Of a stretch of DNA of 64,000 nucleotides, positions 36,085 through 49,670 are shown piece by piece. This stretch comes from Anolis carolinensis. Lineage: Eukaryota. Position numbers and translations under genes: made by a program. Every line of letters begins with the position of its first letter. Positions within the stretch are counted from its first letter, which is position 1. The notes under the pieces were generated by a model, which saw only the letters and a list, made by a program, of their open reading frames with translations, did no database searches and had not been told where the DNA came from. Where the stretch lies: NCBI RefSeq assembly GCF_035594765.1, contig NC_085844.1, forward strand, positions 195,316,107 through 195,380,106. The letters run 5' to 3'.

Positions 36085-36153
36085 CTTCTCCTGCATGGAA
36101 GGGGATTGAACTAGATGGTCCATGTGGTCTCTTCCAACACTATTATTCTATGA
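36085..36153 (+). mobile_element. CR1 3' terminus
   Basis: ggggattgaactagatggtccatgtggtctcttccaac...attctatgatt. Confidence 0.75.
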
Positions 36154-36189
36154 TTTCCCCCAATTTTTTTCATGTATTCTTCCCATCCC

Positions 36190-36880
36190 TATTTATTTAT
36201 TTATTTATTACAATATTTATATCCAGCCCTTCTCACCCAACAGGGGACTCAGGGCGGCTTACAATAAAACACACATATAAAAACTGTACAATACACTATA
36301 AATCATTTAAAAAATTAACTTACATAAGACATTCATAAAACGCATTATAAAATACAGATAGCCATGTTCAAGTTTAAAAGACTGGGTCTGTCAATTGAGT
36401 TCCAGCGTACATAATAGTAATTAATGCTGCTGATTCTTATCCGAAAGCCTGGCCCCACAACCAAGTTTTAACCTTTCTACGGAAGGATAGGAGGGAGGGA
36501 GCCTGCCTGACTTCAATGGGGAGTGCGTTCCATAGGCGGGGAGCCACTACTGAAAAGGCCCTGTCTCTCGTCCCGGCCAGCCGCACCTGTGAGGCTGACG
36601 AGACCGCGAGCAGGGCCTCATCTGATGATCTTAAGCTTCAAGGTGGGTCGTAGCGGGAGACACGTTCAGACAGATAAGCTGGTCTGGAACCGTTTAGAGC
36701 TTTATAGGCTAAAGCCAGCACCTTGAATTGTGCTTGGTAGCTAATCGGCAGCCAGTGGAGCTGGCGTAACAGAGGAGTGGTACGCTCCCTTTACGCTGCT
36801 CCAGTTATTAACCTGGCAGCCTCCCGTTGGACTAATTGAAGCTTCTGAACAGTCTTCAAAGGCAGCCCCATGTAGAATGC
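36190..36880 (-). mobile_element. L2 LINE 3' fragment
   Basis: Homologous to 9060-9710 (gcagccagtggagctgg, aaggccctgtctctcgtccc), with (TAAA)n tail. Confidence 0.85.
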
Positions 36881-37457
36881 AACAGAGCATATGGCTAGTT
36901 CCAAACCATTCTTCCCCAACATGGCCCTTTCTGGATGTTTTGAACTTTAAATCCTTTCAGCCTCAACCAGAAAATGTTGTGGTAGTAGTAAGAGACCTGC
37001 TTGGGAAGGCTGCCACAAACCATGGGAGAACATATGAAAACCATCTTAGATAAGCTTGCTTGCTTGCTTTCTCTTTTCTCTTTTGAAATAATTCTTCTCT
37101 TTGACTTCTATTGGAGTCAGATTAAATTTCAGTTAAATAAATTAAACAATTGCAAAAGCAAAATAAAGCCAGTTTTTTAAATGTAATTGAACTGAGTTGG
37201 CAGTAGGCCAATTGTTTAACCAGTAATAGCATTGTGGTTTCATGGAATATTTGTCTGTGGTCAAATAATAGATTTGGTTGGCTATATTTGATTGGTGTAA
37301 CCCTATACAAAAGAAAGCAAAGCACTGACCCCCCCCCCCCCCAAAAAAAAAACCCACAAAAAGACAAAAACATCTAAAAATTTATTTAAAATGTCAGGAA
37401 TATCAAAGTTGTGTGAACATGTCTGTATCATTGCAATGTTGGCATTATCCCTTAGAC

Positions 37458-37590
37458 TAGTGGTCTCAACCTGGGGTCCCCAGATGTTTTTTGCCTTCAA
37501 CTCCCAGAAATCCTAACAGCTGGTAAATTGGCTGGGATTTCTGGGAGTTGAAGGACTAAAAAATCTGGGATTCCAGGTTGAGAACCACTG
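37458..37590. mobile_element. Short fold-back hAT-type MITE
   Basis: agtggtctcaacctgg / ccaggttgagaaccact arms; TSD ccttagac/ccttaggc. Confidence 0.8.
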
Positions 37591-38261
37591 CCTTAGGCAG
37601 TCCCACAGTCACTTTATCCATAGCAGTTATAAAACATGAAGTGTTAATCTTGGAGGGAAACAACTGAATTAATACATAGGTCTGAAACAGGATTAGTGTG
37701 CTTGGTTCCTCAAAACACGTTCCAACTAGAGTAGATGAGGAAGGGTGACAAATAAAAACATGCTGGTTGTGAGCTAATGAGAATATGTTTTGGCTGTAGT
37801 TTTCAGTTTTTATCAAAATCTAGTATTCTTTGAATGAAAAATTTGCTTTTTTGCCACCCGCTGCTCTGTGCAAACTGTAATAAATCTTCCTCTAAAAGCG
37901 ATTTCTGCAGAAACTTTCATATAATTCAAGAGCTTATGGATGTAGTAGTAGTATTAGTAGCAACACAACGTTATCAGCTCTTGTAACTTATTTGCAGGTT
38001 TTACTATACTTTTCTTGAAAGCTTGGATTTAGCTGTTACAGAATTCTCTGGTTTTTAACTTAAAGAAAGAAGCTGTGTAGCTGCCTTTTTATTATTGAGA
38101 CAAGCTTGAAAATGCAGCTGAAATGTAGCCTAAAGGCTCAACAAATAAATAAATGTTAAAAGCCCCTAAGGGGAGTTTTTGATATATTCCCTTCTATGCA
38201 CAGTCCAAAATACTGTTTGCATACATAAGCGTATGATTTATTGCTTTCAAAATTTAGAACT

Positions 38262-38263
<2 letters not shown>

Positions 38264-38293
<30 letters not shown>
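38264..38293. repeat. (GT)n microsatellite
   Basis: Directly visible. Confidence 0.95.
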
Positions 38294-38296
<3 letters not shown>

Positions 38297-40689
38297 GGGG
38301 GGTGAGATTTGGAAACTCCTTACTTTTCTGGTTATAGCTATAGATCTTTCAAGGAAGTAATTACTTAATGTTCAAAAACCCTGTTGGCATGGGCCAAGCA
38401 CTTTGTAACTCAAAGCACCTAAATAACGCAGTAGGGCATTTTATCTCATTTTCAACAGAAGATCCTTGTCTTTTTGCCCTGTTGATTCTTCATAGCTATC
38501 TTTCCTTATTGTAGTCATATAGTCACACCATCTGGAAAAGTAATTTCATCCACACAGTTCAATATTTGTTTTGTATTTTTGGAACCATTTTTAAAGACAT
38601 AGGTTATATTAATGTTCAAATATTAAATGAAACTTGACCCTTTAAATGGAGCAGTTAGATATTCAAGGATGAGTTAAGGCATGTGTACATGGGCTGGGAA
38701 GTAACTTGAGCATGATAAAAATTTTATTTAGAAAAATCGCGTGATCACATTTCAAATATAATGTGTAATACATGGTTATTAAGGTACATTAAGATAAAAT
38801 GAAAGGCCAGAACACTTAAGTCAACCATCTTTCTATTACTTTGCTTGAATTACAAATCTTATTGGAACAGAAAATAGATTTCTTTTTTATTAACGAAATT
38901 TGTTAGGAAGAGTTATCTGATTCAGGCTGAACCCCTTTATCTGCTATTTGTTATTGGGGGAGATTTTTTTTAAAGTCATGATTCACAAAAAGAACTTCTG
39001 CAGGCTTGTCTAATAAGGTGATGCTAATGAACTTGGAGAAATTTCTTCCAATGACCTAGACACATGCATACACTTGTGCGCACATACACATAAAGAACCT
39101 GGTCATATGATGTAAGGTTTTGTGCCATTTGGTTCTGATCATATAATAACAGACAGGTGAGAGTGGTTTTCAGTATGGTATTGATCCCAAAATATGTCTG
39201 TCAGTGCTTTCATACTTTTAACCTGGAATGTGATAATGTTGTTTTTATGGAGTTATTAAAACGTAATGTATAAACTTTCTCATAGACTCTCTTTGACTGA
39301 TATAAGAAGGGAAATGTAGAATTTTTTTATATCTTATCAACCATCTTTCCTTGAATATATTTTCTATAGTTGTGTTATGGTGATGGCTAAAGCCTACATA
39401 TTTCCAAGATATGTGGAAGTTCTTTTTAAAATCTCCTAAGACAAGGAGTATAATAAATTCTTGGCTTTTTTCCTCCCAGATCTTAGCTGACCTCAAGATT
39501 TTGCCAGAATAAAAGAAAACATTTTGAGCTACTTTAAAAGAAAAGCAACCCAAAACTCCTAGTAGGAAAGTTACTTTGTGAAAAGGACCATTTCGGAAAT
39601 AATATTTAGCATTTAATGGAAATACATTTATTTGAATTCAAACTTTCAGAGTGTCAACATTATAGAGTATCCACACAAATCTCATGGAAGCTGCTTATGG
39701 GTTGTCACCTGCTGTTCTTGTTTGTTTCCATTTAAGAAAACCCAGAACAGTTAGGTAGATATTCTCTTCAGATAATATGCATTGTGGTTCATAAAATATC
39801 CTTAAGAGATTTCTACAAGTCAGGTGTTTAAATAGTGCATTATTGGGGACAGAATTTATTCAGGAGGAATTGGACCAATAGTACAAGTAGCCAATAGTGA
39901 GATCTGGAGCACATTTATACTGGCCATTTAATACAGCTTGAAAGTATGGCAGCTATAAAATGAATGCCATGATATGTGCTGCATCGTGCTTTAAGGACTT
40001 TAGACCGACACAAGCAAAGTCAAGGAATAGTCTGAGATGGAGCCCTTAATGCACATCAGCACACTGTGGTGTAAAGTCTCCTTGCTGGATTGTCACTTTG
40101 TTATGATAATCAGGCTTGTTCATTCTAGTGAATCTGTGAGTGAAGCCGTTGGGAGTCATGGCCCCGAGGTCACAGGGGACGAACCAGACCAATTTAGATC
40201 CCAAGACTGAAGACCTAGGTGGTGGAGCAGGTGGATGATAACATGATACATGTTATAACAGCTGTGAAGGCGGACAAAGGCTGCAACATATAAGAGGCCA
40301 CCAACCATCAGGGTAACCATGGCATTGGATCAGAACCTCTTTCTGTGAAGACTATGTGCTGGTCGCTGTGCACTGATCTGCACACACAAAACAAATTTAT
40401 GCACAGGTGTCTTCCAAGAAAACCAAAACCAAAAAAAGTCCCTTGGTGATCGGCAAATGGCGATGGGGGCAGAATTGAAAAATCTGGCATCCCCTAGCCA
40501 CAGACCAGTACATGAGCAGTGGATATGGATTGAGTTGTTCTAACTCGAGGTTTGAAGCAGTTGAGCATTTTGGCAGCTGTATCTACGACTGAGCAGCCCT
40601 ATTTAGGATCAACTCTGCTCAACCCATATGGGGAGGGGGCTAGAAAAGGTGCCATAAACATAGTTTATGGGTTTAAAGCTAGCATTTTT

Positions 40690-41000
40690 ATGCTCTTAAA
40701 GCTAACATTAAAAAGGTGGCATAAACACAGAGAACTTGCAGTCCCTGGCCTTGAGCATTCTAGGTCAGCTGTTACTGTGCTGTGGACTTTGAAGAGACAC
40801 AAGTAGAGGGTGAAAGGGAGAAATGTGCCAAGAGAAAGGCTCATCAAGCAAACCCTTGTGACTGCCTTCCACCTGGAAACCTATGTCCTCATTATGACAC
40901 ACCATGTGGATCCAGAATCGGTCTCTACAGTCACTTACGGACCCACCACTTGGAAGGCAATCATACTTGGTCACGAGTGATCGCTTATGATGATATGATG
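40690..41000 (+). mobile_element. RTE-clade LINE 3' end
   Basis: Decayed C-terminus ...KRKAHQANP...CPHYDTPCGSRIGLYSHLRTH (degenerate C2H2), then a (TGA)n-like tail. Confidence 0.75.
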
Positions 41001-41397
41001 AGTGTAAACCACATGGCACAATGAAATCTTCTGAATGTGAATTGCTATGCACATGCACTCTGCTGATTCACACATGTGCATCTGGAGTGGGAAGTTGGAA
41101 AGAAAAAAAAACTGCATTCTCCACAGCTATCAAGCCTTGAACCTATGGATCCTAGAGCTGGTTTGAAGCCAGCCTCTGCAGTTTGTGTAATCACCATCTT
41201 GAACCTGAAACTGGTTCCAGGATTAGCAATCTAATCCACACTCCACAACACTTTTTTTCTATGCTGGTTTCAAATTGTCATAAGTGGTCAGAGCAGATGT
41301 ACCCCTGGAATACAGTAAGGAAGTGGTTGGATAGAAAGACCCATTGTCTCAAATATCTCTCCATTAATAAACAAATATATTGTTTATTTTTCTAGAG

Positions 41398-41528
41398 CAG
41401 GGGTCCCCAAACTTTTTAAGCAGAGGGCCGGTCCACAATCCTTCAGACTGTTGAGGGGCCGAATTATCATTTAAAAAAAAAATACAAACAAATTCCTATG
41501 CATACTGCACATGTCTTATTTGTAGTGC

Positions 41529-41572
<44 letters not shown>

Positions 41573-42139
41573 AAGAACAATACAATATTTAAAAATGAAA
41601 ACAATTTTAACCAACATAAACCTATTAGGATTTCAATGGAAAGTGTGGGCCTCCTACTGGCCAATGAGATAGTCAAGTTAATTAGGATTGTTGTTGTTGT
41701 TGTTGTTGTTGTGTGCCTTCAAGTCATGTCAGACTTTGGCCGAGCCTAACTCTAAAATTATTTATTTATTTACTGCATTTATTTACTACATTTATATCCC
41801 ACCTTTCTCACCCCAAAGGGGACTCAGAGCAGCTGTATGTACATACAATATATTATATTATTAGCATAACACAATATTAGCATTATATATTACTGTATTG
41901 AACTATACCACTATACCATTATATAATATGTAATATATAACATACAATTAATATTATTATATGGTATTACTATTGGTATTATATTGTATAACATAAGATT
42001 ATTATCAATATTATATGTATATACAATATATTATTAAAACTGATATAAAAATATTATATTATAAAACTGAGGGTGGGGGCCAGGTAAATGACCTTGGAGG
42101 GCTGCATCCGGCCCCCGGGCCTTAGTTTGGGGACCCCTG
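41398..42139 (-). mobile_element. Second copy of the same hAT MITE family, 8-bp TSD TTCTAGAG
   Basis: Perfect TIRs; TSD at 41390-41397 and 42140-42147; colinear with the reverse complement of 2892-3633. Confidence 0.93.
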
Positions 42140-42147
42140 TTCTAGAG

Positions 42148-42440
42148 CATGGAAAATAAACAAGATAAACTTAAACTCTTAGCACAGGAAGGCAAATATG
42201 AATTAATAGGCATCACTGAAGCCTGGTGGGCTGAATCATATGATTGGAATATAGAGATAAAGGGGTATGCATGCACTATTCCAAAGGAATAGGCCAAACA
42301 AAATCAAAAGTTAAACATATATTTTCAGACAGCTGACTTCAGTTAAGTCTAGAGAAATATTGTATGAGATCGTGTGGTCAGACATACTCAAAGAGAAAGG
42401 AATTCAGTATGGATGGGAGTTTCCTAAAAGCAAGATGGAA
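42148..42440 (+). mobile_element. CR1 ORF2 endonuclease fragments; the 5' part continues left of the hAT insertion (~41310-41370)
   Basis: Decayed (S)MENKQDKLKLLAQEGKYELIGITEAWW.ESYDWNIEIKGY, then a ..ADFS..REIL..I.WSDILKEKG.Q.GWEF segment. Confidence 0.7.
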
Positions 42441-43139
42441 AGGCAAGTGTATTTCCTAAAGCAGAAGAAGTTTTGGTTTATTGTACTACATGAGAAGCCA
42501 CTGATATGTGGGCAGGGGATCTGTCATTGAAGTACTGTCTAAAATTGCCTGAACACTGTTGTTTGGCTTGAAATTTTACAGAGGAAAGTATCCCCTTTGA
42601 GTTTTCTTTTTACAATATTTTGGGTTGGTCATCAGCAGTAGTCCTGAAGATTCTTTGCCCAGAAAAGTGGTGGTTATACCAAAACTTGTAATGTGGGATT
42701 CTTCACAACTGTAGCTCCCCTTTATTCTGATACTAGCCAATTTTCTCAGTGCCCACATACACCTTGAATCAATTCTGGGCTTTTTTGTGGTTGCTTTATG
42801 TATGTGCGCACACAGGATTTTTTTTATCTCACAATAGTTGCAACCAACAAATGTCACATATAGAGAAAACAGGAACATTTCTCATTCCAAATACTTGGAT
42901 CCACATACTACACTGACTTAGAATCCAGAGAAGAAATTGGAACAGGAATGTATTCTAGCCACTTCCAGAAGACTACAAAACTCTAGTTCAGATTGGTGTA
43001 GATTAAAACAATGGGGGAGTAGAGCATTCTTCAAAAATGTTACTAATCTTGGATTTAGACTGTTAAATAGAAACCTTTTAAAAGAAAAAACACACCAACA
43101 CTATTGTTTCAGATCTTAATGTATTTTAATTCTGAATTA

Positions 43140-43750
43140 CCGTATATACTCGAGTATAAGCCGACCCAAATATAAGCCGAGGCACCTAATTTTACCACAA
43201 AAAACCTGGGAAAACATTGACTCCAGTATAAGCCGAGATACCAATAAAATTACATTAATTGAGGCATCAGTAGTTTAAATGTTTTTGAATCTTTACATCA
43301 AACTGTAATTTAAGATATGAGTGTCTAACTCTGATTAAATCATTATTTTCATCTTCAATGTAAATGTGCTTATGTATCCTTTTAATAATAATAGAGTGAA
43401 ATAATAAATGTAATAATAATAATAAATGCAGTAAAATAATAAATGTAATAATAAATAGAGTAAAATAATAAATGTATTATTAATAATAAAAATAGAGTAA
43501 AATAAATGTAAAAGTAACAACAATAATAGAGTAAAATAATAAATGTGATAATAATTGATAGAGTAAAATAATAAATGTAACAATACCAATAATAATAGAG
43601 AAAAATAAAAAAATACTATATATACTTGAGTATAAGCCAATCTGAATATAAGCCCACCAGGACCCTCACCCAAGTATAAGCCGAGGAAGGGTTTTTTTTT
43701 CAGTCCTAAAAAAGAGCTGAAAAACTAGGCTTATACTCGAGTATATACAG
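43140..43750. mobile_element. Tc1/mariner-superfamily MITE with an internal AT-rich minisatellite
   Basis: TA|ccgtatatactcgagtataagcc ... ggcttatactcgagtatatacag|TA; repeated gtataagcc motifs; AATAATAAATGT/TAGAGTAA array at about 43383-43610. Confidence 0.88.
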
Positions 43751-45235
43751 TATATATAATATGTATAGAACTTACAATCTATTATATCCGATAAACTGTT
43801 GGGCAGGATATGGTTTTGAAAAATAAGAGATTTTTAAAAATTACTACAAAAATATATTTAAATCTTTTCTGTCTTTAACATGTCTACCCTTTTCTGTCTT
43901 TTATAAAGGACATCTTAAACTATTAAATAATAGATGTTGTTAGTTACCACCTGAAATTTGATAAGGGGACAACTAAATAGAGTTGCAATGAATTTCTTTC
44001 AAGTTGTATCACATTGATTACATGCATGCTTCAACACAAAATGGAATTTATGCAATACAGCATTAACATAAAGAGAAGAGTAATTGAAGACCTTTCTGTC
44101 AATGCATGTGAGAGAACATTTCACTCTTTGGGTTGAGACATTTAATTCAGACATTGATCCAAACAGAACAGATTATGATGAATATATACAAACAATGCTT
44201 GAAGGTTGACACTGAAGTAACTTATAGAAGATATAGCAATGACTGCAATCTTTATTATGTTCTTTTTCATCTGAAGAGCAGTGGACTATTCACAAAAACT
44301 GCTACTTATTGTAGTGCCATAGACTCTTGCTGCACATCAAAAGTCAAGAAACTGTTGTAGCGAGGAGCTAATTTATCTGTACAGAGCTCTCTTCATTTTG
44401 GAGTTTGTTTTGTAGCTGAATCTTGCAATATTCCTTCAGAATCTGTATGATAATTTTTACAGAGTAGTGTATGTGATTTGACTGGGATATTTCAGAAGTG
44501 AAATAGTTAATAGTACACATAGAAGCTTCTGATGATTGGTTGCCATGTTCACATTTATGAATACTCTAATTTTCTGTAGCTATCTACAACCAGGGTTAGG
44601 AAGCATGAAATCCAACCCTAATGTGGAAAAAATGGTGATGGGAACAGGAGCCCAATAACCATATCTCATATCAGAACTGCTTCACCGAGTTGAAGTCAAG
44701 AGCCAAGGAATCAGGGCTAGGAAGCCAGAAATAAGCCCAAATTGATAGGCAGAGCCAAAAAGTGTCAGGAATTATTTTTCCTAATGCTTAAAAGTAAGGA
44801 TTGAAAGAAACTTTCTTGTGGAACAAACTATTTCCTCCCCACTTTTCTGTCACATCTGCCATTATCTGCTGAATGAACTTCTTGGTGCTGTTGTATTGAT
44901 TAGTGATGCTGGATATGAATGGACAAGGATTTCATGGTTGCTGGCTGCTCTAGATCTCTCTTCTGGAAACTTGATAAAGCCAAAGTCTGGAAGACAAACA
45001 AAATCTTATTTGGGCAAGCATCTTACAGTCAGGGATGTAAAAGACTTCTTTGATAATGTGTATGTTTTAGCATATTTTTCACTGCTAAACCGCTCTTTAC
45101 AATGTTAACAGTAGTTATGTTCTTGGGGACTGAGTGGATTAAACTAAACAAATTATTTGCATGTCAGGCAGAATAGACCATGTAGGAAAATACAAACAGA
45201 CGAATTTCTATTGCCAGCTTCTTTCAAAGTGATGG

Positions 45236-45301
45236 CATAGAATCATTGAGTTGGAAGAGACCACATGGGCCATCTAGTCCAACCCCCCTGCCATGCAGGA
45301 A
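45236..45301 (-). mobile_element. CR1 3' terminus
   Basis: catagaatcattgagttggaagagaccacatgggccatctagtccaacccc. Confidence 0.75.
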
Positions 45302-45819
45302 AAGACTCCTATAGTATCAGTGCCATACAGAGAAACCAAGTTCCTAGTTACAAATACCTTGTTCAGGATTTTGAGGTTATTAATGCAAATCTGTAGTGTT
45401 ATATATAACAGATTTTCTTTCTTCTGTTTTTCCTTATTAAGGACTCCATCTTTCACTGATACAGTCTCAGTCTTGGTTGTTTGGGCATAGGTTGATTACA
45501 GTGAAATAATTGAATCAGAACTCAAGCAATTGAATCTCCTAATGTTTTGGATTTTTCAGAAATCAGGATTTGAATACCCCATATCTCTAGAAACCCATTG
45601 GGTGTGCCTGGGCAAATCAAACAGAGTAAGTTAATAAGAAGCCCATGAATAAATATTGCTGAGAAAATCCTATCAGAGAAAATCCATGTTGGCATTCATT
45701 TTGAAGGTATATTACCTTCAAAACGACATTAAAAAAATCCTTCCTTCTGTTTCTGGATTCTACTTTGTAATTTAAAAACCTATACACCTCTACCCATAGC
45801 TTGACACCATTCTTGCTGT

Positions 45820-46567
45820 CCTCACAAGTACATTTTATGGGAACACAAGAAGGGAACGTTTCAGTAGCTGCTCCTAGGTTTTGGAACTCCCTTCCCTCAC
45901 AGGCTAGACCAATGTTCTTTCATAGGCAACTGAAGACCTTTTTATTTTAGTAAGCCTTCAAGAGCTGGAAAAAAAGGCTTACTAAAATAAAAAGGTCTTT
46001 AGTAAGCCTTCAAGAGCTGGGAGTCCCCAGTGGCGCAGTGGATTAAACTGCTGAGCTGCTGAACTTGCTAACTAAAAGGTCACCGGTTTGAATTCAGGGA
46101 GCGAGGTGAGCTCCCACGGTTAGCCCCAGCTTCTGCCAACCTAGGAGTTCAAAAACATGCAAATGTGAGTAGATCAGTAGGTAGCGCTCCAGTGGGAAAG
46201 TAATGGCACTTCATGCAGTCATGCTGGCCACGTGACCTTGGACGTGTCTATGGACAATGCCAGCTCTTCGGCTTAGAAATGGAGATGAGCACCAACCCCT
46301 TGAGTCAGACACAACTAGACTTAATGTCAGGGAAAAACCTTTACCGTTACCTGCGAGAGCTGACTTCTTAGGGGGAAAGGATCTTTCATGTGCTGTGCTA
46401 TTTATAATTACTGATCTTTTTAATTGTTTGTTATAGCTGCTTTTAATTTTATTAATAGTTTAGTTACATTTTAACTTTTGTGTAGTGCAAAGTTTACCTG
46501 TACCCGTTTTAACATTTGTAAGCCACCTTGAGTCTCAGATTCGGAAAAGGCAGGATATAAATAAAAA
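45820..46567 (+). mobile_element. Degenerate L2 3' end interrupted by a Sauria SINE
   Basis: tttcagtagctgctcctaggttttggaactcccttcc (FS..AP..WNSLP), and tail tgtaagccaccttgagtc...ggatataaataaaa after the SINE. Confidence 0.6.
46021..46352 (+). mobile_element. Sauria SINE
   Basis: Colinear with 13530-13851; tail aacctttaccgttacct. Confidence 0.9.
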
Positions 46568-46664
46568 GCTAATCACACACACCTCCTTTATGGGTTCATT
46601 AATGCAACAGAGCTGACCTTCTTGTTTATGTCCGTTTCCTCTTTTTTTGTGATTATCTGCAACA

Positions 46665-46887
46665 TTTATGCTGGCCTCCAACTGAGAAGAGTTCTTCCCT
46701 CACCCGGGACTTCCCACAGATGTATATATAAACCTTCCTTGCTTAGTTTCTCCATACCTCACAACCTCTGAGGATGCCTGCCATAGATGTGGGCGAAACG
46801 TCAGGAGAGAATACTTCTAGAACATGGCCATACAGCCCGGAAAACATACAACAACCCTGTGATCCCGGCCATGAAAGCCTTCGACAA
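46665..46887 (+). mobile_element. Penelope-like pLTR/3' fragment
   Basis: cctctgaggatgcc...gaaacgtcaggagagaa...ggccatgaaagccttcgacaa, the typical squamate Penelope terminus. Confidence 0.8.
46765..46805 (+). ncRNA. Minimal type I hammerhead ribozyme motif (Penelope type)
   Basis: CCU - CUGAGGA - U - GCCUGC(cauagau)GUGGGC - GAAA - CG - UC^ - AGG. All core nucleotides are present. Confidence 0.75.
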
Positions 46888-47059
46888 GACTTTTTTTTTT
46901 TTTTGCATCTTCTCACTGCCCCCCCCCCCCCCCCACTGAGTTGTCTTCCCATTTGTTTTTCCAGTAATTGGGGGGGGGGGAGAAGTCCAGGGTTTGTGAA
47001 TTTTACACCCCTACTACAATTAATCCTTATCTCACACCATAACTGTCTTTCGTTTTTTC

Positions 47060-47950
47060 AAACTTGGTTCATTTCACCACTAAATATTTATGGTGTGTAT
47101 CCTAAGCATGTGCTTTTTATTTTAAAAATCAGCTTATGTATACATTTTTTGCTCTTTCTTTTTAAAATGTTTTCCTCCCCATTCTTCCTCACTGTTCCCT
47201 TTCACTTGGTAACCCCCTCCACCACCACTCCCTGCCACTTTTATTTTTCACCTTTTAACCAGTTTTTCATGATAAATCAACTGCTGCACATTTTTCTATT
47301 TCTGATATTCATGACCTTTCTTTTTAAATGTTTTTTCTGAATCTTCTCTTCTGTATTCTTTTTTCCTGTTTTCTCACACAATTTAATACATTTTTTACTT
47401 GTATCATCTTTACATTAGCACTTACTATTCAACAGTATTTGCTTTAACTTTTCACTCATTTTTTTTAACTGTCTAACCAGGACAGCCAATATTTAGTTCT
47501 TTATCCTCTGCTTTTAAGATTTCTGAGTATTTTTGTCTTTCTATGATTTTGGTTTTTGTGGTTATGTTGTCTTCATTTTCTTCTTATCTGTCTAACCATA
47601 CTTACCAGATTTCTTTTCCCTCGTTCTCCTCTGGCTCAGTTTATAGGAGTTCTCCAAGGTTCTGTATTAAGGCCGTTGCTTCTTATTCTTTGTCTGTAGT
47701 CAATCTTTTAGAGCAAATTTTCATGTTAGATGACAATATTATTTTATATTACTGATATTTCCTTTTTTGTAAATTTCCTTAAGTTGTCTATTTAATGATA
47801 TCTGCAAAGCTTATTTGTTCACTCTCTGAAGCTAAATATTTCAAAGATAATTTCTTAGTTTAACTCTTGACTCCTTTAAGTTTCTTTGCTACCCTTTTCC
47901 CATCTGTTCAGACTAAAAAAAATCCCCAATTATTTCATCTTGAGTTTTAG
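47060..47950 (-). mobile_element. Degenerate L1-like ORF2 fragment
   Basis: Strong T-rich strand skew with Lys/Glu/Ile-rich decayed coding on the - strand. Confidence 0.4.
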
Positions 47951-49670
47951 GTTTTTATGTACAGGCAAAAAACCTCCCAAAAAACCCCTACTCTGCTTCA
48001 GACCAAACTTTGTTTTGAACTTCAGTTCTCACAATTCCTAACTTCTGGTAATATCTGGAGGTGCAGAGTTTGAGAAAGACTGATCTAGATGATCACTCTG
48101 TTGGTCAATGCTACTTCTATCAAAAGTAAATAAACATAATGTGAACACAGAAGTTACTTGTCTAGGTAATGTCCCACTAAATGTGTGGCTTATATGTTAA
48201 ATCTGCCACCATGGTTTTATTTATTTATTTGCTTTTTGCATTGAATATATTTCTCAAATAATGGAATAAAAATGGGAATTCATTTATACTGCAAAATTTT
48301 GTCAGGTTAACCAGTTGACAAGATGTGAACTTTAGTTTATGTTTTATGCATTTTTTTATTACAAAGAGATTTGTGCTCCAACGAAAGTTGTTTCCTTTCA
48401 ACCATATTGGCACTTAAGATTGCAGTAATTAAAAACAGAAAACCCCAAGAACTGGCAGATTTGTTCTGTCTTCACTGTTTATTTATGTTTTTAATAAATG
48501 TATTTTTATACTGATGACCTTTCTTAATTTCCTATATATGAAAACTAGTGAGTGTTAGACATGAGTTAGGTAAATAATGCTTTATTTGTAGCTGTTAACT
48601 TTTTAAAAAGTTGTGCTTGTATTTTGTATTCCTTTCAATATCAATTGTAATCGGACTGAATATTACACAAATTAATGTTTCACAGTTTCAGTCATATGCA
48701 AAAACCCACTCTGTGGACACAGGTGAGAGCAACAGGAGACCACATTGCCTCTGCTGAGTTCCTGAAAGTAGTCAGCTCTCTGGATGCCAAATCTGGTGGT
48801 AAGTCCATATGCTCAGAACCAATACTCTTCTCTCAACAGAGGAAGAAGACAAACTCTTTTCTTGTTTGAGAGAAGAGACAGAAGCCTGCCTGTGCTTCTC
48901 TTGGAGGAAGGAGATGAACAGAAGTGACAGAAGTCCGATTGTACAGAACCATACTCACTTTTCCAGTGAAGGAATCAGACACCTCTCTTGCTCAAAAGAG
49001 GCGTATGGTTCTGTGCAGTCTGGATTCACGCTAGATGTGGAACCTGGTAGAGGGCTGCTTTCAGGAGCACAGTATGGGCAACCTGTGCCCCAACTTGTGA
49101 GTCTTCGCTTTGGCTACTCTTTCAACTGCATGGAAGCAGGTGAGCAGGGGAATATTTTGAATATAAAGTAATTTCAGCTCTCAATGGCATGCCAGGTAGG
49201 AGAGGGAAGAGCCAATTGGCAAACATTCTCCCCAGAAAAAAGGTTCCCCATTTTATGCAAAAATTGTGTTATACAAAGTATCCTGAAATAGAGCTATAGC
49301 ATCATATGTAGGCCGATTGTCCTGCCATGGTTCCTTGATAAAAGTATAACAACAGGTGGAAAAGAAAAAATGGCCAACACATTGCTGTAGTAGAGACACA
49401 GATTTCTGCGTATTAGACACTTGAGAATGAAAGTGCGAATAAATTGTCACATGCTGATAGCAGTGTGGAGAGAACTATTAAAATGTAAAACCTTTTGAAG
49501 AAGTCTTAACAACATGTATATATTGGAGTATGGGGACTGTGTTTTCTCATCTCCATGACACTTGCACAGCAACATTCCAGACAATATAAAAATAGTGGAG
49601 AAAGAGCTACAAATGGTGGCTAGATTACATTTTTCCCAATAATTTCAAGCTGAAGTTTCATTTCTAAATA

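Noticed and set aside
41498-41749. PolyQ ORF as a FoxP polyglutamine exon
   Set aside because: It is a (CAA)n tract inside a hAT MITE with TIRs and a TSD.
46774-47340. 188-aa ORF
   Set aside because: Chance frame spanning a Penelope fragment, homopolymers and T-rich antisense LINE sequence.
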